DNA of 58,373 nucleotides, counting the filler, from a bacterium (GTDB lineage: Bacteria > CLD3 > SB21): assembly GCA_013360215.1 (NCBI GenBank). It is 3 parts of 3 records of this genome, joined end to end, with 100 filler letters (N's around TTAATTAATTAA, not from the genome) between each part and the next. Parts side by side here need not be neighbours in the genome. Positions count along the whole stretch, not along the records: positions 39,930 to 58,373 come from JABWCP010000040.1; 2 more parts are not named here. One strand, given 5' to 3'. Shown piece after piece: positions 39,830-50,366 of this stretch; within the stretch, counting starts at the first letter, position 1, and each line of letters opens with the position of its first letter. The notes beneath the pieces are model-generated. The model had not been told where the DNA came from and ran no database searches. It was given only the letters and a program-made list of their open reading frames with translations. The translations under genes and the position numbers were made by a program.

Positions 39830-39929
39830 NNNNNNNNNNNNNNNNNNNNNNNNNNNNNNNNNNNNNNNNNNNNTTAATTAATTAANNNNNNNNNNNNNNN
39901 NNNNNNNNNNNNNNNNNNNNNNNNNNNNN
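39830..39929. other. Artificial contig spacer
   Basis: N run with TTAATTAATTAA at 39874-39885. Confidence 0.98.
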
Positions 39930-39983
39930 AACGGACGTTTTCACGGTAAAACGATCGTAGAGCATATTCGATCTAAAGAATGA
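39930..39983 (+). CDS. 3' end of a probable YpdA-type bacillithiol disulfide reductase
   Basis: Translates as NGRFHGKTIVEHIRSKE*, matching the YpdA C-terminal (FIE)NGRFHG motif; only 17 codons visible. Confidence 0.55.
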   Translation, partial: NGRFHGKTIVEHIRSKE

Positions 39984-39994
39984 GTTGCATTTAG

Positions 39995-40546
39995 CTACGG
40001 AATTAATGCGTGACCTTCGGCTAATACCTGATCGTAGAACAATTCTAGCGCAGGATTGACACCTCGCAATCCCGTCACCACTTTTTCAGTCCAATCATAA
40101 TATTCTTTACGCCGCAGCGTATCCCATCCTCGTGGCGGCGAATGCGTCACATCGCGTACGTTGCAAATCTTGTCGGCAAGGCGTATGACCTTAGCGGCAG
40201 GGCTCAATGCGGCAGCGGTAGCAATCTGCTTTTGTTTACGTTCGCTCTTCATTAACGACGGATCGTCGGTTACTTCTAATACCATAGTAAGAACAGTCTT
40301 TCCGAATAATCCGAGGATTTCATCGGGTGTGGTTTGTGTATCCTCTATGGTATCATGTAAAATTGCGGCCACGATAATATCGGGATCGCGTACTTCAGCT
40401 ACACGCCAAAGTAACTCTGCAACCTGAATCGGATGATTGATATACGGCGACGCAGCAGGATCTTTGCGTCGCTGGTGCCGGTGTTTTTCGGCTGAAAAAT
40501 GTATGGCGGATAAAATCTGCGTGAGATGTTGTTCCGAGAAAACCAC
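39995..40546 (-). CDS. Mesh1-like HD-domain small alarmone hydrolase
   Basis: KHRHQRRKD...PYINHP, AAILHDTIEDT, EVTDD, LADKICN. Confidence 0.9.
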   Translation of the reverse strand: MVFSEQHLTQILSAIHFSAEKHRHQRRKDPAASPYINHPIQVAELLWRVAEVRDPDIIVAAILHDTIEDTQTTPDEILGLFGKTVLTMVLEVTDDPSLMKSERKQKQIATAAALSPAAKVIRLADKICNVRDVTHSPPRGWDTLRRKEYYDWTEKVVTGLRGVNPALELFYDQVLAEGHALIP

Positions 40547-40798
40547 AGCGCTCCTTATGTGCAGTCAAAAAAAAAATATGTCAAAACGCGTGAATGCGGT
40601 ATGGAGTTTTTTTTCAAGAATCCTCAATCGTAATCAAGCTACGACTGTAACTATCAACAATACAAGGAACATTTACACTTGGTCTGGCACTAATATAATT
40701 GTTGATATGAGCTTAAGTATGAGTCTTGTGATGACGTTCGTATAAAGTTCTTTATCAAATGTGTGCGGCCTCTTTCTGATAAAATTAATTACGCGTTG

Positions 40799-40825
40799 TT
40801 AACCTTTCTACGTATCAAACGTCTT
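40799..40825 (+). promoter_or_regulatory. Putative ECF sigma promoter (autoregulatory)
   Basis: TTAAC-N16-CGTCTT upstream of the operon encoding an ECF sigma. Confidence 0.6.
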
Positions 40826-40858
40826 AGTATAAAGGCTTCTTTATACTAAGGAGAACGT

Positions 40859-42181
40859 ATGACCCGGTATGTATTCATTTTGTACATGGCGCTATTCGCT
40901 GGGATAGTACATGCATCAGCCCAACAAATTACACATGAACAGAAAGCCGCGATTATTGAAACAACGGCAGGTTTGTTAGATGAACATTATGTTTTTCCGG
41001 ATAAAGCAAAAATCGTCGGAAAGATGCTGGTAGATAAATTGAAAAATAGGGGATATGATTCGTTCAGAGATGGGGAGGCGTTTATTCAGGTTCTCAATGA
41101 AGATTTGACCACAGCTTTATCTGATCAACATATTAAGATTACTTTTGATCCGCGTCGCGTTAAACAAATTAAAATGGAAAAAGACAATGATGGTAAAAAA
41201 TTACCGTTGACTAAAGAATGGTTCGAGCGATTGCGTTTTGAAAATTTCAGACTTCGCAAAGTGGAATGGATGGATGGAAATATAGGCTATTTTCGTTTCC
41301 TAAATTTTACCGAACTTGATGTGGCCAAGGAAGCGATCAGCGCTTCAATGACGTTTATAAGACATTCTGATGCCATCATAATAGATTTGCGGGACAATGG
41401 CGGCGGTCATTCCGAAACCTTGCATTATTTGCTTAGTTATTTTTTGCCGGATCGCCAGAAAATCGGTGAGTTTCACTATCGTAAAAACAATCGCGTTGAA
41501 GAAATTAGGATTCCATCGGATACATCCGTAAAGAAAATTCCGAATGATGTGCCGTTATTTCTTTTGGTGAGTCGTAAAACCTCATCGGCGGCGGAAGGTA
41601 TGGCATCGGTGCTGCAGTCGTCGGGGCGCGCCATAGTTGTCGGTGAACGGACTAGAGGCGAAGGAAATCCTGGAGAATTGTTTATACTAAATGACAATCT
41701 GTACATGATGATTCCAACAGCGGTCAGCAAGAATGTGTGGCCCGAAAAACTGCCGGTGGAAGGTCATGGTGTTCAGCCGGATCATGTCATCGCTTCTGAG
41801 CTCGCACTTGAAAAGGCGAAACTGGAGATATGTAAAACTTTCGCTTCTTCTTCCAAGATAAAGGAATTAAAACAATCCTACCTTTGGCAAATACCGGTGT
41901 GGGAATATGCAATAGCTCCGCAAACCATGCCCGAATACTTCCGGAGTACGCTGTGTGGTTCTTACAACGAAGGAAGGCAAATAATTTACGAAAACGGAAT
42001 GTATTATTATGTCAATAAGGATAAACAGCAGTTCAGACTTATGAATTACGGGCAAAATATATTGGCGATGGAAGGGAAACCATTTGTTCGAATACGAATA
42101 CCTGCCAATGAGCAAAAAATAACGTATTTTGAGTTTATATGGGATGATGAGTTTTCTGAGCGAGTTGCACGCATCGAATAA
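40859..42181 (+). CDS. S41 family peptidase (IRBP-like), exported
   Basis: Signal peptide; HYVFPD, NIGYFRF, IIDLRDNGGG, TSSAAE, VGERTRG, GHGVQPD. Confidence 0.9.
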   Translation: MTRYVFILYMALFAGIVHASAQQITHEQKAAIIETTAGLLDEHYVFPDKAKIVGKMLVDKLKNRGYDSFRDGEAFIQVLNEDLTTALSDQHIKITFDPRRVKQIKMEKDNDGKKLPLTKEWFERLRFENFRLRKVEWMDGNIGYFRFLNFTELDVAKEAISASMTFIRHSDAIIIDLRDNGGGHSETLHYLLSYFLPDRQKIGEFHYRKNNRVEEIRIPSDTSVKKIPNDVPLFLLVSRKTSSAAEGMASVLQSSGRAIVVGERTRGEGNPGELFILNDNLYMMIPTAVSKNVWPEKLPVEGHGVQPDHVIASELALEKAKLEICKTFASSSKIKELKQSYLWQIPVWEYAIAPQTMPEYFRSTLCGSYNEGRQIIYENGMYYYVNKDKQQFRLMNYGQNILAMEGKPFVRIRIPANEQKITYFEFIWDDEFSERVARIE

Positions 42182-42205
42182 CCAATACAGAATCGGAGAA
42201 ATATT

Positions 42206-42661
42206 ATGTTAGAAGAAGTCGTACTGTTTCCTGCGCTAATGCTGTTGATCGGGTGGGCTTTATGGCTCTGGACGCGTAAGACACAAATGCGTCATCGGGA
42301 ACGACTGAAACAATTGGAATTGCAGCATGAGTTGGCAAAAAAATTTTCATCCAGCCCGGAATTCATAACATTTGTACAAAGTGAAGAAGGGAAAAGAATA
42401 TTTACAAATCATGAATCGGGAGTTCATTTTAAAATAATCCGTTATGTGACCGGCGCATTATTACTGATGCTAATAGGCGTTGCTATGATTATCAACGCGT
42501 ATTCATATCGTTTTGAGACGGATTCAAATTATGTGAGTAAAGCGCAGGACTTTTATTATTGGGGTAGTCTTGCCGTTGCCATCGGAATCGGGCTTGCTGT
42601 CAATGCATACGTCACCGTATGGCTTGGCAAAAAATGGAACTTATTCGGTGACCGCAAGTAA
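42206..42661 (+). CDS. Three-TM membrane protein associated with ECF sigma
   Basis: TM-RHRERLK helix-TM-TM; GGAG RBS; immediately upstream of the sigma gene. Confidence 0.65.
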   Translation: MLEEVVLFPALMLLIGWALWLWTRKTQMRHRERLKQLELQHELAKKFSSSPEFITFVQSEEGKRIFTNHESGVHFKIIRYVTGALLLMLIGVAMIINAYSYRFETDSNYVSKAQDFYYWGSLAVAIGIGLAVNAYVTVWLGKKWNLFGDRK

Positions 42662-42666
42662 CCGAC

Positions 42667-43167
42667 ATGCGAGAAGATGATTTTAAAATATTTTACGAAT
42701 CCTACGCAAAGACGTTATGGGCTTATGCATTGCGCCTGACCGGTGATGCATCGTTGGCAGACGATATTGTGCAAGAGAGCTTTATTCGTCTGTTGCATCG
42801 CGATATAGATTCACTTACGGACGCGCAACGCAAATCCTATCTGTTTCAAACGGCGACTAATCTATTCAGGGACCACTTGCGTAAAACCAAAAGAACAGTG
42901 GCATGGGACGACGTAGATGAGAATGTGTTCATGAAGACGGCTGTGTACGGAGAAGCCGTGGATTTTACCACTGCGTTTGATCAATTACCGCCGCAACAAC
43001 GCGCACTTTTGTGGATGGCGTATGCCGAAGATTATACCCATGAAGAAATTGCACGTGCTTTGGAATTAAAACCATCCAGCGTAAAAGTATTACTTTTCAG
43101 AGCGAAAAAACAATTGACAGACGTACTCACCCGTTTAGGAATAACAAAGGAAAACCGGCATGACTAA
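42667..43167 (+). CDS. ECF RNA polymerase sigma factor
   Basis: ADDIVQESF, YLFQTATNLFRD, YTHEEIA...SVKVLLFRAK. Confidence 0.93.
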   Translation: MREDDFKIFYESYAKTLWAYALRLTGDASLADDIVQESFIRLLHRDIDSLTDAQRKSYLFQTATNLFRDHLRKTKRTVAWDDVDENVFMKTAVYGEAVDFTTAFDQLPPQQRALLWMAYAEDYTHEEIARALELKPSSVKVLLFRAKKQLTDVLTRLGITKENRHD

Positions 43168-43603
43168 CTGTGAATACGAAGCTAAAGTGTTACAATCAAT
43201 AACTGACAACCGATGGAGTGATGAGATTCACCATCATATCCGTGAATGTGAAAATTGCCGAATGATTGCAGAAGTAACACCCCGAATCAAAATACTGCGC
43301 GATGAAACTAAAAATCAGGCTGTGGTTCCATTTTATCGCTGGATATACATACAGGCCGCAATACGGTTAAAAGAGAAAAAAACGGCACAGCTGAAATTCA
43401 GAAGTAATATCATGCTTGCTCTGACAGTCCTAATCGCATGTATCGGTGTGACGTTGCTTTTTGAGTTCAACGGGTATTCTCCGCTAAATGTATCGAAACA
43501 ATGGGGTAGTTCGGATGTTTTGTTCGTTTTGACGGGATTGGGAGTATGGCTTCTATCGCAATGGCCACTACATTTTATCGGCGAAATAGAGAATCAAAAA
43601 TAA
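43160..43603 (+). CDS. Putative zinc-binding anti-sigma factor
   Basis: HIRECENC (HxxxCxxC-like) followed by two TM helices; overlaps the sigma stop. Confidence 0.75.
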   Translation: MTNCEYEAKVLQSITDNRWSDEIHHHIRECENCRMIAEVTPRIKILRDETKNQAVVPFYRWIYIQAAIRLKEKKTAQLKFRSNIMLALTVLIACIGVTLLFEFNGYSPLNVSKQWGSSDVLFVLTGLGVWLLSQWPLHFIGEIENQK

Positions 43604-43604
43604 T

Positions 43605-44096
43605 TTATCTAAGGTACGTTTCAGATACGGCGTAATAAATGGCCATGAGCCCGCTAAAAACGCTGCTTGCAATAAAACGCCGTTCGAGAGGAACTGTGTT
43701 TTGTATGATGTAGTTACCGGCAAAAGAAATCACGATCGCACCGGTAAAAGAAGATAAGCCGCTCATCCAGGAAGTGTGTAGTAAAACCGATAACGAAGGC
43801 CAAGTCAGAATGGTTGACGGGTTGAGACTTGCACGAATAAGAAAAATATGCCGGGCGATCCAAAGCGGATTAAAATATGCGATAGCGGCGAGTGTGCGTG
43901 GGAACCAATGGTTGAAAGTTCGGTTGATCCATCCGAAGTATAAGGGGATCTCAAACGCATAGATCAAACCGCCCGCGAGAGCCATTGTCACAATGCGTAC
44001 TGCGTTAACCTCACCCCATATGATTTGCGTTATCAGATCGCCCAAAGGGTATATGATAAACCCGGCTATGCGGTTCTTATTGAGAAATGTGCGCAT
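43605..44096 (-). CDS. Mpv17/PMP22-like membrane protein
   Basis: LGDLITQ, RIVTM, FNP and QNTVPLERRF parallel MPV17 LGDIISQ, RTLTM, FAP and NFYLVPLHYRL as recalled. Confidence 0.6.
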   Translation of the reverse strand: MRTFLNKNRIAGFIIYPLGDLITQIIWGEVNAVRIVTMALAGGLIYAFEIPLYFGWINRTFNHWFPRTLAAIAYFNPLWIARHIFLIRASLNPSTILTWPSLSVLLHTSWMSGLSSFTGAIVISFAGNYIIQNTVPLERRFIASSVFSGLMAIYYAVSETYLR

Positions 44097-44118
44097 TGTT
44101 TTGGGTGGTCGCCGTAGC

Positions 44119-44751
44119 TTATTGGATTTCGTTTAGCAGCGTGCGGATTTTAGTCATCAGAATATCCACGCCGACGACATTTTCTACACCGTGCGGGATG
44201 ATAATATCGGCATAGCGTTTGGAGGGTTCGACAAATTGTAAGTGCATGGGGCGCACAAATTTTTCATACTGCTCGATGACGGAATCAATCGTACGTGCAC
44301 GCTCACGTATATCTCTCTGCAAACGGCGAATCAGCCTAACATCCGCGTCGGTATCAATATAGACTTTGATATCCATCAGATCGCGTAATTCGGGGTTTTC
44401 TAAAATCAGAATACCTTCCAGTAGGATCACTTTGTGCGGTTCGAGAGCTGTCACTTCCGAAGTGCGTGCATGGGTCTTATGATCGTAGTTGGGAATGCGA
44501 ATGGTTTCCCCGCGCAGCGCTTGTTTAAGATGATCAACTAACAAATGATTATCGAAAGCGTCGGGATGATCAAAATTATGACCGGCGCGTTCCTGATGCG
44601 GGATTTGCGATAAATCTTTGTAATACGAATCCTGAGCGATGATGACTACTTGATTATGACCGCCAAGGGTTTCAAAGATTTTTTTGGATACGGATGTTTT
44701 ACCGGAAGCAGTTCCTCCGGCGACGCCGATCAAGATGTGTTTTTTGGACAT
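44119..44751 (-). CDS. udk: Uridine kinase
   Basis: GVAGGTASGKT, QDSYY, NFDHPDAFD, RRLQRD, VRPMHLQFVEPSKRYAD. Confidence 0.96.
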   Translation of the reverse strand: MSKKHILIGVAGGTASGKTSVSKKIFETLGGHNQVVIIAQDSYYKDLSQIPHQERAGHNFDHPDAFDNHLLVDHLKQALRGETIRIPNYDHKTHARTSEVTALEPHKVILLEGILILENPELRDLMDIKVYIDTDADVRLIRRLQRDIRERARTIDSVIEQYEKFVRPMHLQFVEPSKRYADIIIPHGVENVVGVDILMTKIRTLLNEIQ

Positions 44752-44760
44752 AGATGTATG

Positions 44761-47079
44761 TTACTGTGGTTTTATTTTGGATTTCAATTTTTCGATGGCT
44801 GTTAATACGGCTTCATTCGTAGCCGGTAATGTAAATTCCGGCTCGTAGCGATGATGGCTTACGGCCGACACGGCATCTTTGATCGCGAGCCAGCCTGAAA
44901 GACCTAGCATAAAAGGCGGTTCGGCGACGGCTTTACTGGAATGTATCGTATTGGCGTTGGGTGCGTTTTGTAAAAGTGCAACGCGAAAATCTTTGGGAAT
45001 ATCCTGCACGCCGGGGATTTTGTACGTATCGGGCGAATGGGTGAGTAAACGACCCGCCGCGTCGTGTTTTATTTCTTCGGTGGTACACCAACCGAGGCCT
45101 TGAATATAGCCGCCTTCGATCTGGCCTATGTCGATCGCAGGATTGATGGATTCGCCGACATCGTGCAATATATCCGAGCGTAAAAATGAATACCCGCCGG
45201 TGAGCGTGTCAACCAACACTTCAGTAATGCACATACCGTAAGCAAAATAATGAAAAGGTCGTCCTTCGCCTTTTTCTCTGTCAAAAAATATTCCCGGTGT
45301 ACGATAATAACCTGTAGCACTGAGGCTGACCTGTTTCATAACCGCGATCGGCATCAGTTCGTCAAATTTTATAAGACGCTTTGGATAACGCATATCATAA
45401 ACCGTATCATCCTCAAATACGATATCATCCGGCGATGAGCGCACTTCGAGAGCCCGCTCATTAAAATAATCCGCGGCGACACGCATCAATCGCAATTTTA
45501 ATTGATCAATCGCATTTTTGACGGCCATGCCGTTGAGATCCGTTCCGGCCGAAGCCGCTGTGGCGGATGTATTCGGAACTTTAGATGTATTGGTCGCATT
45601 GACTTTGATGCGGGTGAGAGGCACGCCGAGTTCTTTGGCAGCAATTTGAGCAATTTTCGTGTGGAGTCCCTGACCCATTTCCGTGCCACCGTGGTTGACG
45701 AGTACGCTGCCGTCTTTGTAGATATGAACCAGTGCGCCGGCTTGATTGAGAAAAGAAGTCGTAAATGAAATACCGAATTTTACCGGCGTGAGGGCTATCC
45801 CTTTTTTCTGAAATTCATTCTCGGTGTTAAACAGGTGAATGGCGCGGCGGCGCTCCCAATAATCGGAAGTATTCATAAGTTGTTCAAAGATGACCGGCAA
45901 ACGATTTTGTTCGATCACTTGCCCGTAAGGCGTCGTCTGATTTTCGTTCGTTCCGTAAAAATTAATTTGACGGACTTCTGCGGCATCTTTTTGCAGGCTT
46001 CGTGCTATCTGGTCAATGATGTTTTCGATAACGGCCATACCTTGCGGGCCGCCGAATCCGCGAAATGCTGTGTTGGATGGAAGATTGGTTTTCCATGCGT
46101 TGCCGATGATCTCGATATGCGGGATGAAATAAGCATTGTCACTGTGCAACATCGCACGTTCTAAAATCGCAAAAGATAAATCCGTAGCAGCGCCGGCGTC
46201 GGCATTCAGTTCGATCTTTAGAGCCGTGATTTTTCCGTGGTCATCAAATCCGACTTCATAATGCGATAAAAACGGGTGACGTTTTCCCGTCATGATCTGA
46301 TCGTCATCACGAAATAGTCGAATTTTTACATGGCGTCCGGTGGACCGGGCCAGCAAAGCCGCCCACGCAGCCGTGTGGTTGCCTTGCGTTTCTTTACCGC
46401 CGAAACCGCCGCCCATACGCCGCACTTCGACGACGACGTCATGTTTGGCAATGCCTAAAACTTCGGAGACAATCGCTTGCGTTTCGGAAGGATGTTGTGT
46501 GGAACTGTAGAGATTGATTTCATCGCCTTCGCCCGGTACCGCAAGACAGGTCTGTGTTTCTAAATACCAGTGTTCCTGCGCTCCGGTAAACAGCGACCCG
46601 TTAAGCCGATACGCTGCGTTTTGCAAGTACTCATCGGGTTTGCCGCGACGGATTTTTCGCGCCGGTCCGAGCAGTGCATTTTTTTGAATCGCGGTCGGCA
46701 AATCGGTAATCACTTCCAGAGGCTCATATTCGATTTTTATTTTTTTCGCCGCCTGAAAGCATGCTTCGGGTGAGTCACCCGCAATCAGTACGATAGCCTG
46801 GCCGATACAGGTCGTTTCGTGTTCTGCGAGGCACGGTTCATCATGTACAACGGGCCCCATTTGGTTGTGGCCGGGTATATCGCGCCAGGTCAGCACGGCA
46901 TGGATTCCCGCGGAAGCGCGTGCATCTTCAAGTTCGATATGCGTGATGCGTGCGTGTGCATGAGCACTATACACCACGTGACCGTGCAGCATTTGCGGCG
47001 GCTCCGGGATGTCGTCAATATAAACCGAACGGCCGGACACATGTTTGGCCGCGCTGTCATGAGGGATGGAGGAGTGCAT
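44761..47079 (-). CDS. xdhB: Xanthine dehydrogenase molybdopterin-binding subunit
   Basis: PHDSAAKHVSG, QEHWYLE, RMGGGFGGKETQ, AFRGFGGPQG, SKAVAEPP; start ATG 47079. Confidence 0.96.
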   Translation of the reverse strand: MHSSIPHDSAAKHVSGRSVYIDDIPEPPQMLHGHVVYSAHAHARITHIELEDARASAGIHAVLTWRDIPGHNQMGPVVHDEPCLAEHETTCIGQAIVLIAGDSPEACFQAAKKIKIEYEPLEVITDLPTAIQKNALLGPARKIRRGKPDEYLQNAAYRLNGSLFTGAQEHWYLETQTCLAVPGEGDEINLYSSTQHPSETQAIVSEVLGIAKHDVVVEVRRMGGGFGGKETQGNHTAAWAALLARSTGRHVKIRLFRDDDQIMTGKRHPFLSHYEVGFDDHGKITALKIELNADAGAATDLSFAILERAMLHSDNAYFIPHIEIIGNAWKTNLPSNTAFRGFGGPQGMAVIENIIDQIARSLQKDAAEVRQINFYGTNENQTTPYGQVIEQNRLPVIFEQLMNTSDYWERRRAIHLFNTENEFQKKGIALTPVKFGISFTTSFLNQAGALVHIYKDGSVLVNHGGTEMGQGLHTKIAQIAAKELGVPLTRIKVNATNTSKVPNTSATAASAGTDLNGMAVKNAIDQLKLRLMRVAADYFNERALEVRSSPDDIVFEDDTVYDMRYPKRLIKFDELMPIAVMKQVSLSATGYYRTPGIFFDREKGEGRPFHYFAYGMCITEVLVDTLTGGYSFLRSDILHDVGESINPAIDIGQIEGGYIQGLGWCTTEEIKHDAAGRLLTHSPDTYKIPGVQDIPKDFRVALLQNAPNANTIHSSKAVAEPPFMLGLSGWLAIKDAVSAVSHHRYEPEFTLPATNEAVLTAIEKLKSKIKPQ

Positions 47080-47119
47080 GAATAAATCTATCAAATATAT
47101 TTTGAAATGCAATTTTCGT

Positions 47120-50100
47120 TCACGGGCGTTTCCGGAGTACGGGAAGTTTGACGGTTTGAAAAATGTTATCACGATCAACGGTCGGGTGCTGCTGATCGCC
47201 GGACCATGATGCGACCGTTTCGCGGAGATACCGGCGTAACTCCTGCGTATCTATAAATGAATCCCGATTGGTATCCGCGGCACCGTTAAACGCCTGCATC
47301 AAAGCTTCTGTAAAAAGACCGTTGGCAAAATCATCGCGTTCATACGAATACTCGCCACCGAGAGATGAGGAAAACACGATCGCACCGGAACGCCGCGAAA
47401 GATTGTTGTATATGTAACGATCTTTTTGATACAGGTAACGCCGTTTTTTCCCGGGTGTGCGAAAACCGCGCACTGCCCGCGAACGTGCCGGGATATTATT
47501 TTGAGCCGACAACGTACCGCCTTCGTCTTCTGCCTCGCCTGATTCGCACGTATCCATAAAAAATAATTTGCGACGGGGCGCTATACCGTGCAGCAGATTT
47601 TCAAACTCTTCAAACGGAATGGATGATGATTCCAAATGTTCGCGATCGGCTTCATAGGGGAGATAATAATACGTGGCATCCGTCCCGGCGGAATACATGC
47701 CGTGACCCGCAATAAACATGATGACGACATCATTAGGACCTGCCGATTGTAGAAATTCGGCCGCCGATCGTAATTGGTTTCGCGTAACACGGTCGTTGAG
47801 AAACGTATGCACGTGCGTACTTTGTGCGGATGGTAAAGATGAAAACATCGCGGCCAGATCGCGTACATCCTTGTCCGCGTAACGAAGATTCAGCATGGAG
47901 TCACGGTATTGCGAAACACCAAATCCGAGAAAATAAATATGTGACGGCGATTGCACGGGCGACGTAACCTGTTGCCACGCGCGCAACGATTCAATACCTC
48001 GTTCATCACGGCACGACACTTCGATTTTGTTCGTACCGGATATCAATAAAACAGAATCGCTGGCGATTACGTGATGCCCGTTGATCGGTTTTCCATGCAC
48101 ACCAAACAGGGGTACGTTATTGACATAGATTTGATAGGATCGAAGCGAACTTTGCTCCGAGGCGAATATCAACTCCATATGAACGGTTATATTATTTTGA
48201 CGGCTTTCACGGATCACTACGGTTGGTGCGGTAGTTGTGGGGTTGGTTCCGGCGTCGGATGGTAATCGTTTCCGATAGCACGCCGCGTAATGTTGGCGTA
48301 GCTCGTCACTGCCGATCGCCAAACGTTCGAGAATCAAGTCCGGTCTGTTATTCGCTGTGGCAAATTGATCTACACCATAAGCGTGCATGGAGTTGATCAT
48401 TGCGACAAATCGGCCGCCACCGGTCGAAGCGTCAAATAAACCTTCGGGAGTGAACATGATCCATTCGTGATCATCGGACATAAAAACGGCGTTTTCCATG
48501 AGGCCCACATGCCAAAGACGCGAAGTACCGTCATCGCCGCCGCTAAGGAGATGTTTGCCATCCGGTGAAAAAGCGAGCGTGTTGACGTATCCGACGTGAC
48601 CGGTAAAAGTCTTAACCGGCGCACCATCCATCCGGCACAATTCTATTTTATCGTTGACGGTATAGGCTAAGAATTTTCCGTCCGGCGAAAATGCAACGGC
48701 ACCAAAATTTTTACCGTGATCAGTTGGGATTTCGAAAACAGTATTGCCAGCACGATCGCGTACAATAAGATTTTTGTTATCATTGACATTAAGAGCGGCA
48801 AAATACTTTCCGTCCGGCGAAAAACGAACACTGACGATCATGCCGTAATCACCATGCCCGGTGAGTGTTTTTTGTAATGTTCCGTTACTATGCCAAAGTT
48901 TTACTTCACCGAAATTGCTGCCTGTTATTATGCTGTGGCCGTCGGGCGCTACGCTGATCGAGTTGACGCGATCTTTGATCGGGCCGAACGTGCGCTCACG
49001 GATTTTGGTTTTGATATTCCAAACCGAAACGCGGCGATCAAACCCGCCTGAAAGAATGCGTTCGCCGTCGGGCGTGAAGGTAATGCAATCAATCGGAGAT
49101 TGTGCGTTGAAAGTTGCCAACAAACGACCTTCCAAAGAGTATACATGTACAAACCCGTCACCGGTTCCTACAGCGAATAACGCGCCGTTGGGTGAAACAT
49201 CCATCGCCATGACGATCTTGGATGGTGTCTGGATACGTGCATAAATGCCACCTGTAGTATTCCACACGACAATACGTTGATCCCAATGGGCGGTTATAAA
49301 ATGTTCACGATCGGGCGTCCAAGCGATACTTTGTACCCAATGACCGCCTTCGCCCGGTTGGTATGTCGTACCGATAACCTGCTGGAGAGTGCCGTCCGAT
49401 TTCCAAAGCGCTGCCGATTTGTCGAAACTTGCGCTGGCGATTTCCATGCCGTCCGGCGAAAAACATACATCGGAAATGGCTTCACGATGAAGGCGTTCAA
49501 ATTTGCGTAATGTCTTTCCGTCACGATCCCAGATGCGCATGGTACGATCATAGCTGCCGGATAAAAGAAATTTTCCGTCGTTCGAAATATCAAGTGCATA
49601 TATGTTATCGCTGTGGCCGCTGTAGGTGCGAATCAGTTTTCCTTCGAGCGACCATTCGCGGATAAACGGATCAAATCCGGAAGTGAAAAGGGAAGTCCCG
49701 TCGGGTGAAAAAAGCACATTGGTCACTTTTGCAGAAAATTTTCGGATTATACCTACGCTGTCACCGAAACAGTTCCATATACGAACGGATTGATCTTCAC
49801 TGCAACTGGCGATCAAAAGCCCGTCGGATGAAAAAGCAACGCCAAGTACCATGCCGCGATGGCCTTCCAAAGCGTTTTCGAACGTGCCGTCAATATTTCC
49901 CAAAACAACGGCATTGTGATTGCCGAAGGCAAACCGAAGCCCGTCCGGTGCAAATTGAATTGACGTGACCGGGCCTTGATCCGTTTCAAATGTGTTGACC
50001 AGTTTTCCGAGTACATTCCACAAATAGATTTGTTTACCGCTGCCGGCCGCGATGATATGTTTTCCGTCGGGTGAAAAACGTGCTGACCATACCGGCTCTT

Positions 50101-50332
50101 CAGCCGTGAAGATACGCATCAAGCGTCCGTCGCGACTCCACAGGCGTACCGTGCGATCATGCGAGGCGGTGATGAAAGTTTTGCCGTCCGGAGCAAAATC
50201 CACCGACGCGACTTCACCGGTATGCGTACTCTGAATAACCATTTCAAACGTTGCATTCTGTGCCTTTATATAAGGAACGAAAGCGATGAATAACCCAAAA
50301 AAAACTACGGCACTCTGGAAACTGTGTTTCAA
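47120..50332 (-). CDS. Exported WD40-repeat protein with C-terminal caspase-like (C14) domain
   Basis: Signal peptide; more than 12 FSPDG/GH...W repeats; LRYADKD, FIAGHG, DTCESG, NGLFT, QHP. Confidence 0.9.
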   Translation of the reverse strand: MKHSFQSAVVFFGLFIAFVPYIKAQNATFEMVIQSTHTGEVASVDFAPDGKTFITASHDRTVRLWSRDGRLMRIFTAEEPVWSARFSPDGKHIIAAGSGKQIYLWNVLGKLVNTFETDQGPVTSIQFAPDGLRFAFGNHNAVVLGNIDGTFENALEGHRGMVLGVAFSSDGLLIASCSEDQSVRIWNCFGDSVGIIRKFSAKVTNVLFSPDGTSLFTSGFDPFIREWSLEGKLIRTYSGHSDNIYALDISNDGKFLLSGSYDRTMRIWDRDGKTLRKFERLHREAISDVCFSPDGMEIASASFDKSAALWKSDGTLQQVIGTTYQPGEGGHWVQSIAWTPDREHFITAHWDQRIVVWNTTGGIYARIQTPSKIVMAMDVSPNGALFAVGTGDGFVHVYSLEGRLLATFNAQSPIDCITFTPDGERILSGGFDRRVSVWNIKTKIRERTFGPIKDRVNSISVAPDGHSIITGSNFGEVKLWHSNGTLQKTLTGHGDYGMIVSVRFSPDGKYFAALNVNDNKNLIVRDRAGNTVFEIPTDHGKNFGAVAFSPDGKFLAYTVNDKIELCRMDGAPVKTFTGHVGYVNTLAFSPDGKHLLSGGDDGTSRLWHVGLMENAVFMSDDHEWIMFTPEGLFDASTGGGRFVAMINSMHAYGVDQFATANNRPDLILERLAIGSDELRQHYAACYRKRLPSDAGTNPTTTAPTVVIRESRQNNITVHMELIFASEQSSLRSYQIYVNNVPLFGVHGKPINGHHVIASDSVLLISGTNKIEVSCRDERGIESLRAWQQVTSPVQSPSHIYFLGFGVSQYRDSMLNLRYADKDVRDLAAMFSSLPSAQSTHVHTFLNDRVTRNQLRSAAEFLQSAGPNDVVIMFIAGHGMYSAGTDATYYYLPYEADREHLESSSIPFEEFENLLHGIAPRRKLFFMDTCESGEAEDEGGTLSAQNNIPARSRAVRGFRTPGKKRRYLYQKDRYIYNNLSRRSGAIVFSSSLGGEYSYERDDFANGLFTEALMQAFNGAADTNRDSFIDTQELRRYLRETVASWSGDQQHPTVDRDNIFQTVKLPVLRKRP

Positions 50333-50366
50333 ATGATCACCAATTTTTTATTATTAAAAGTATAGT

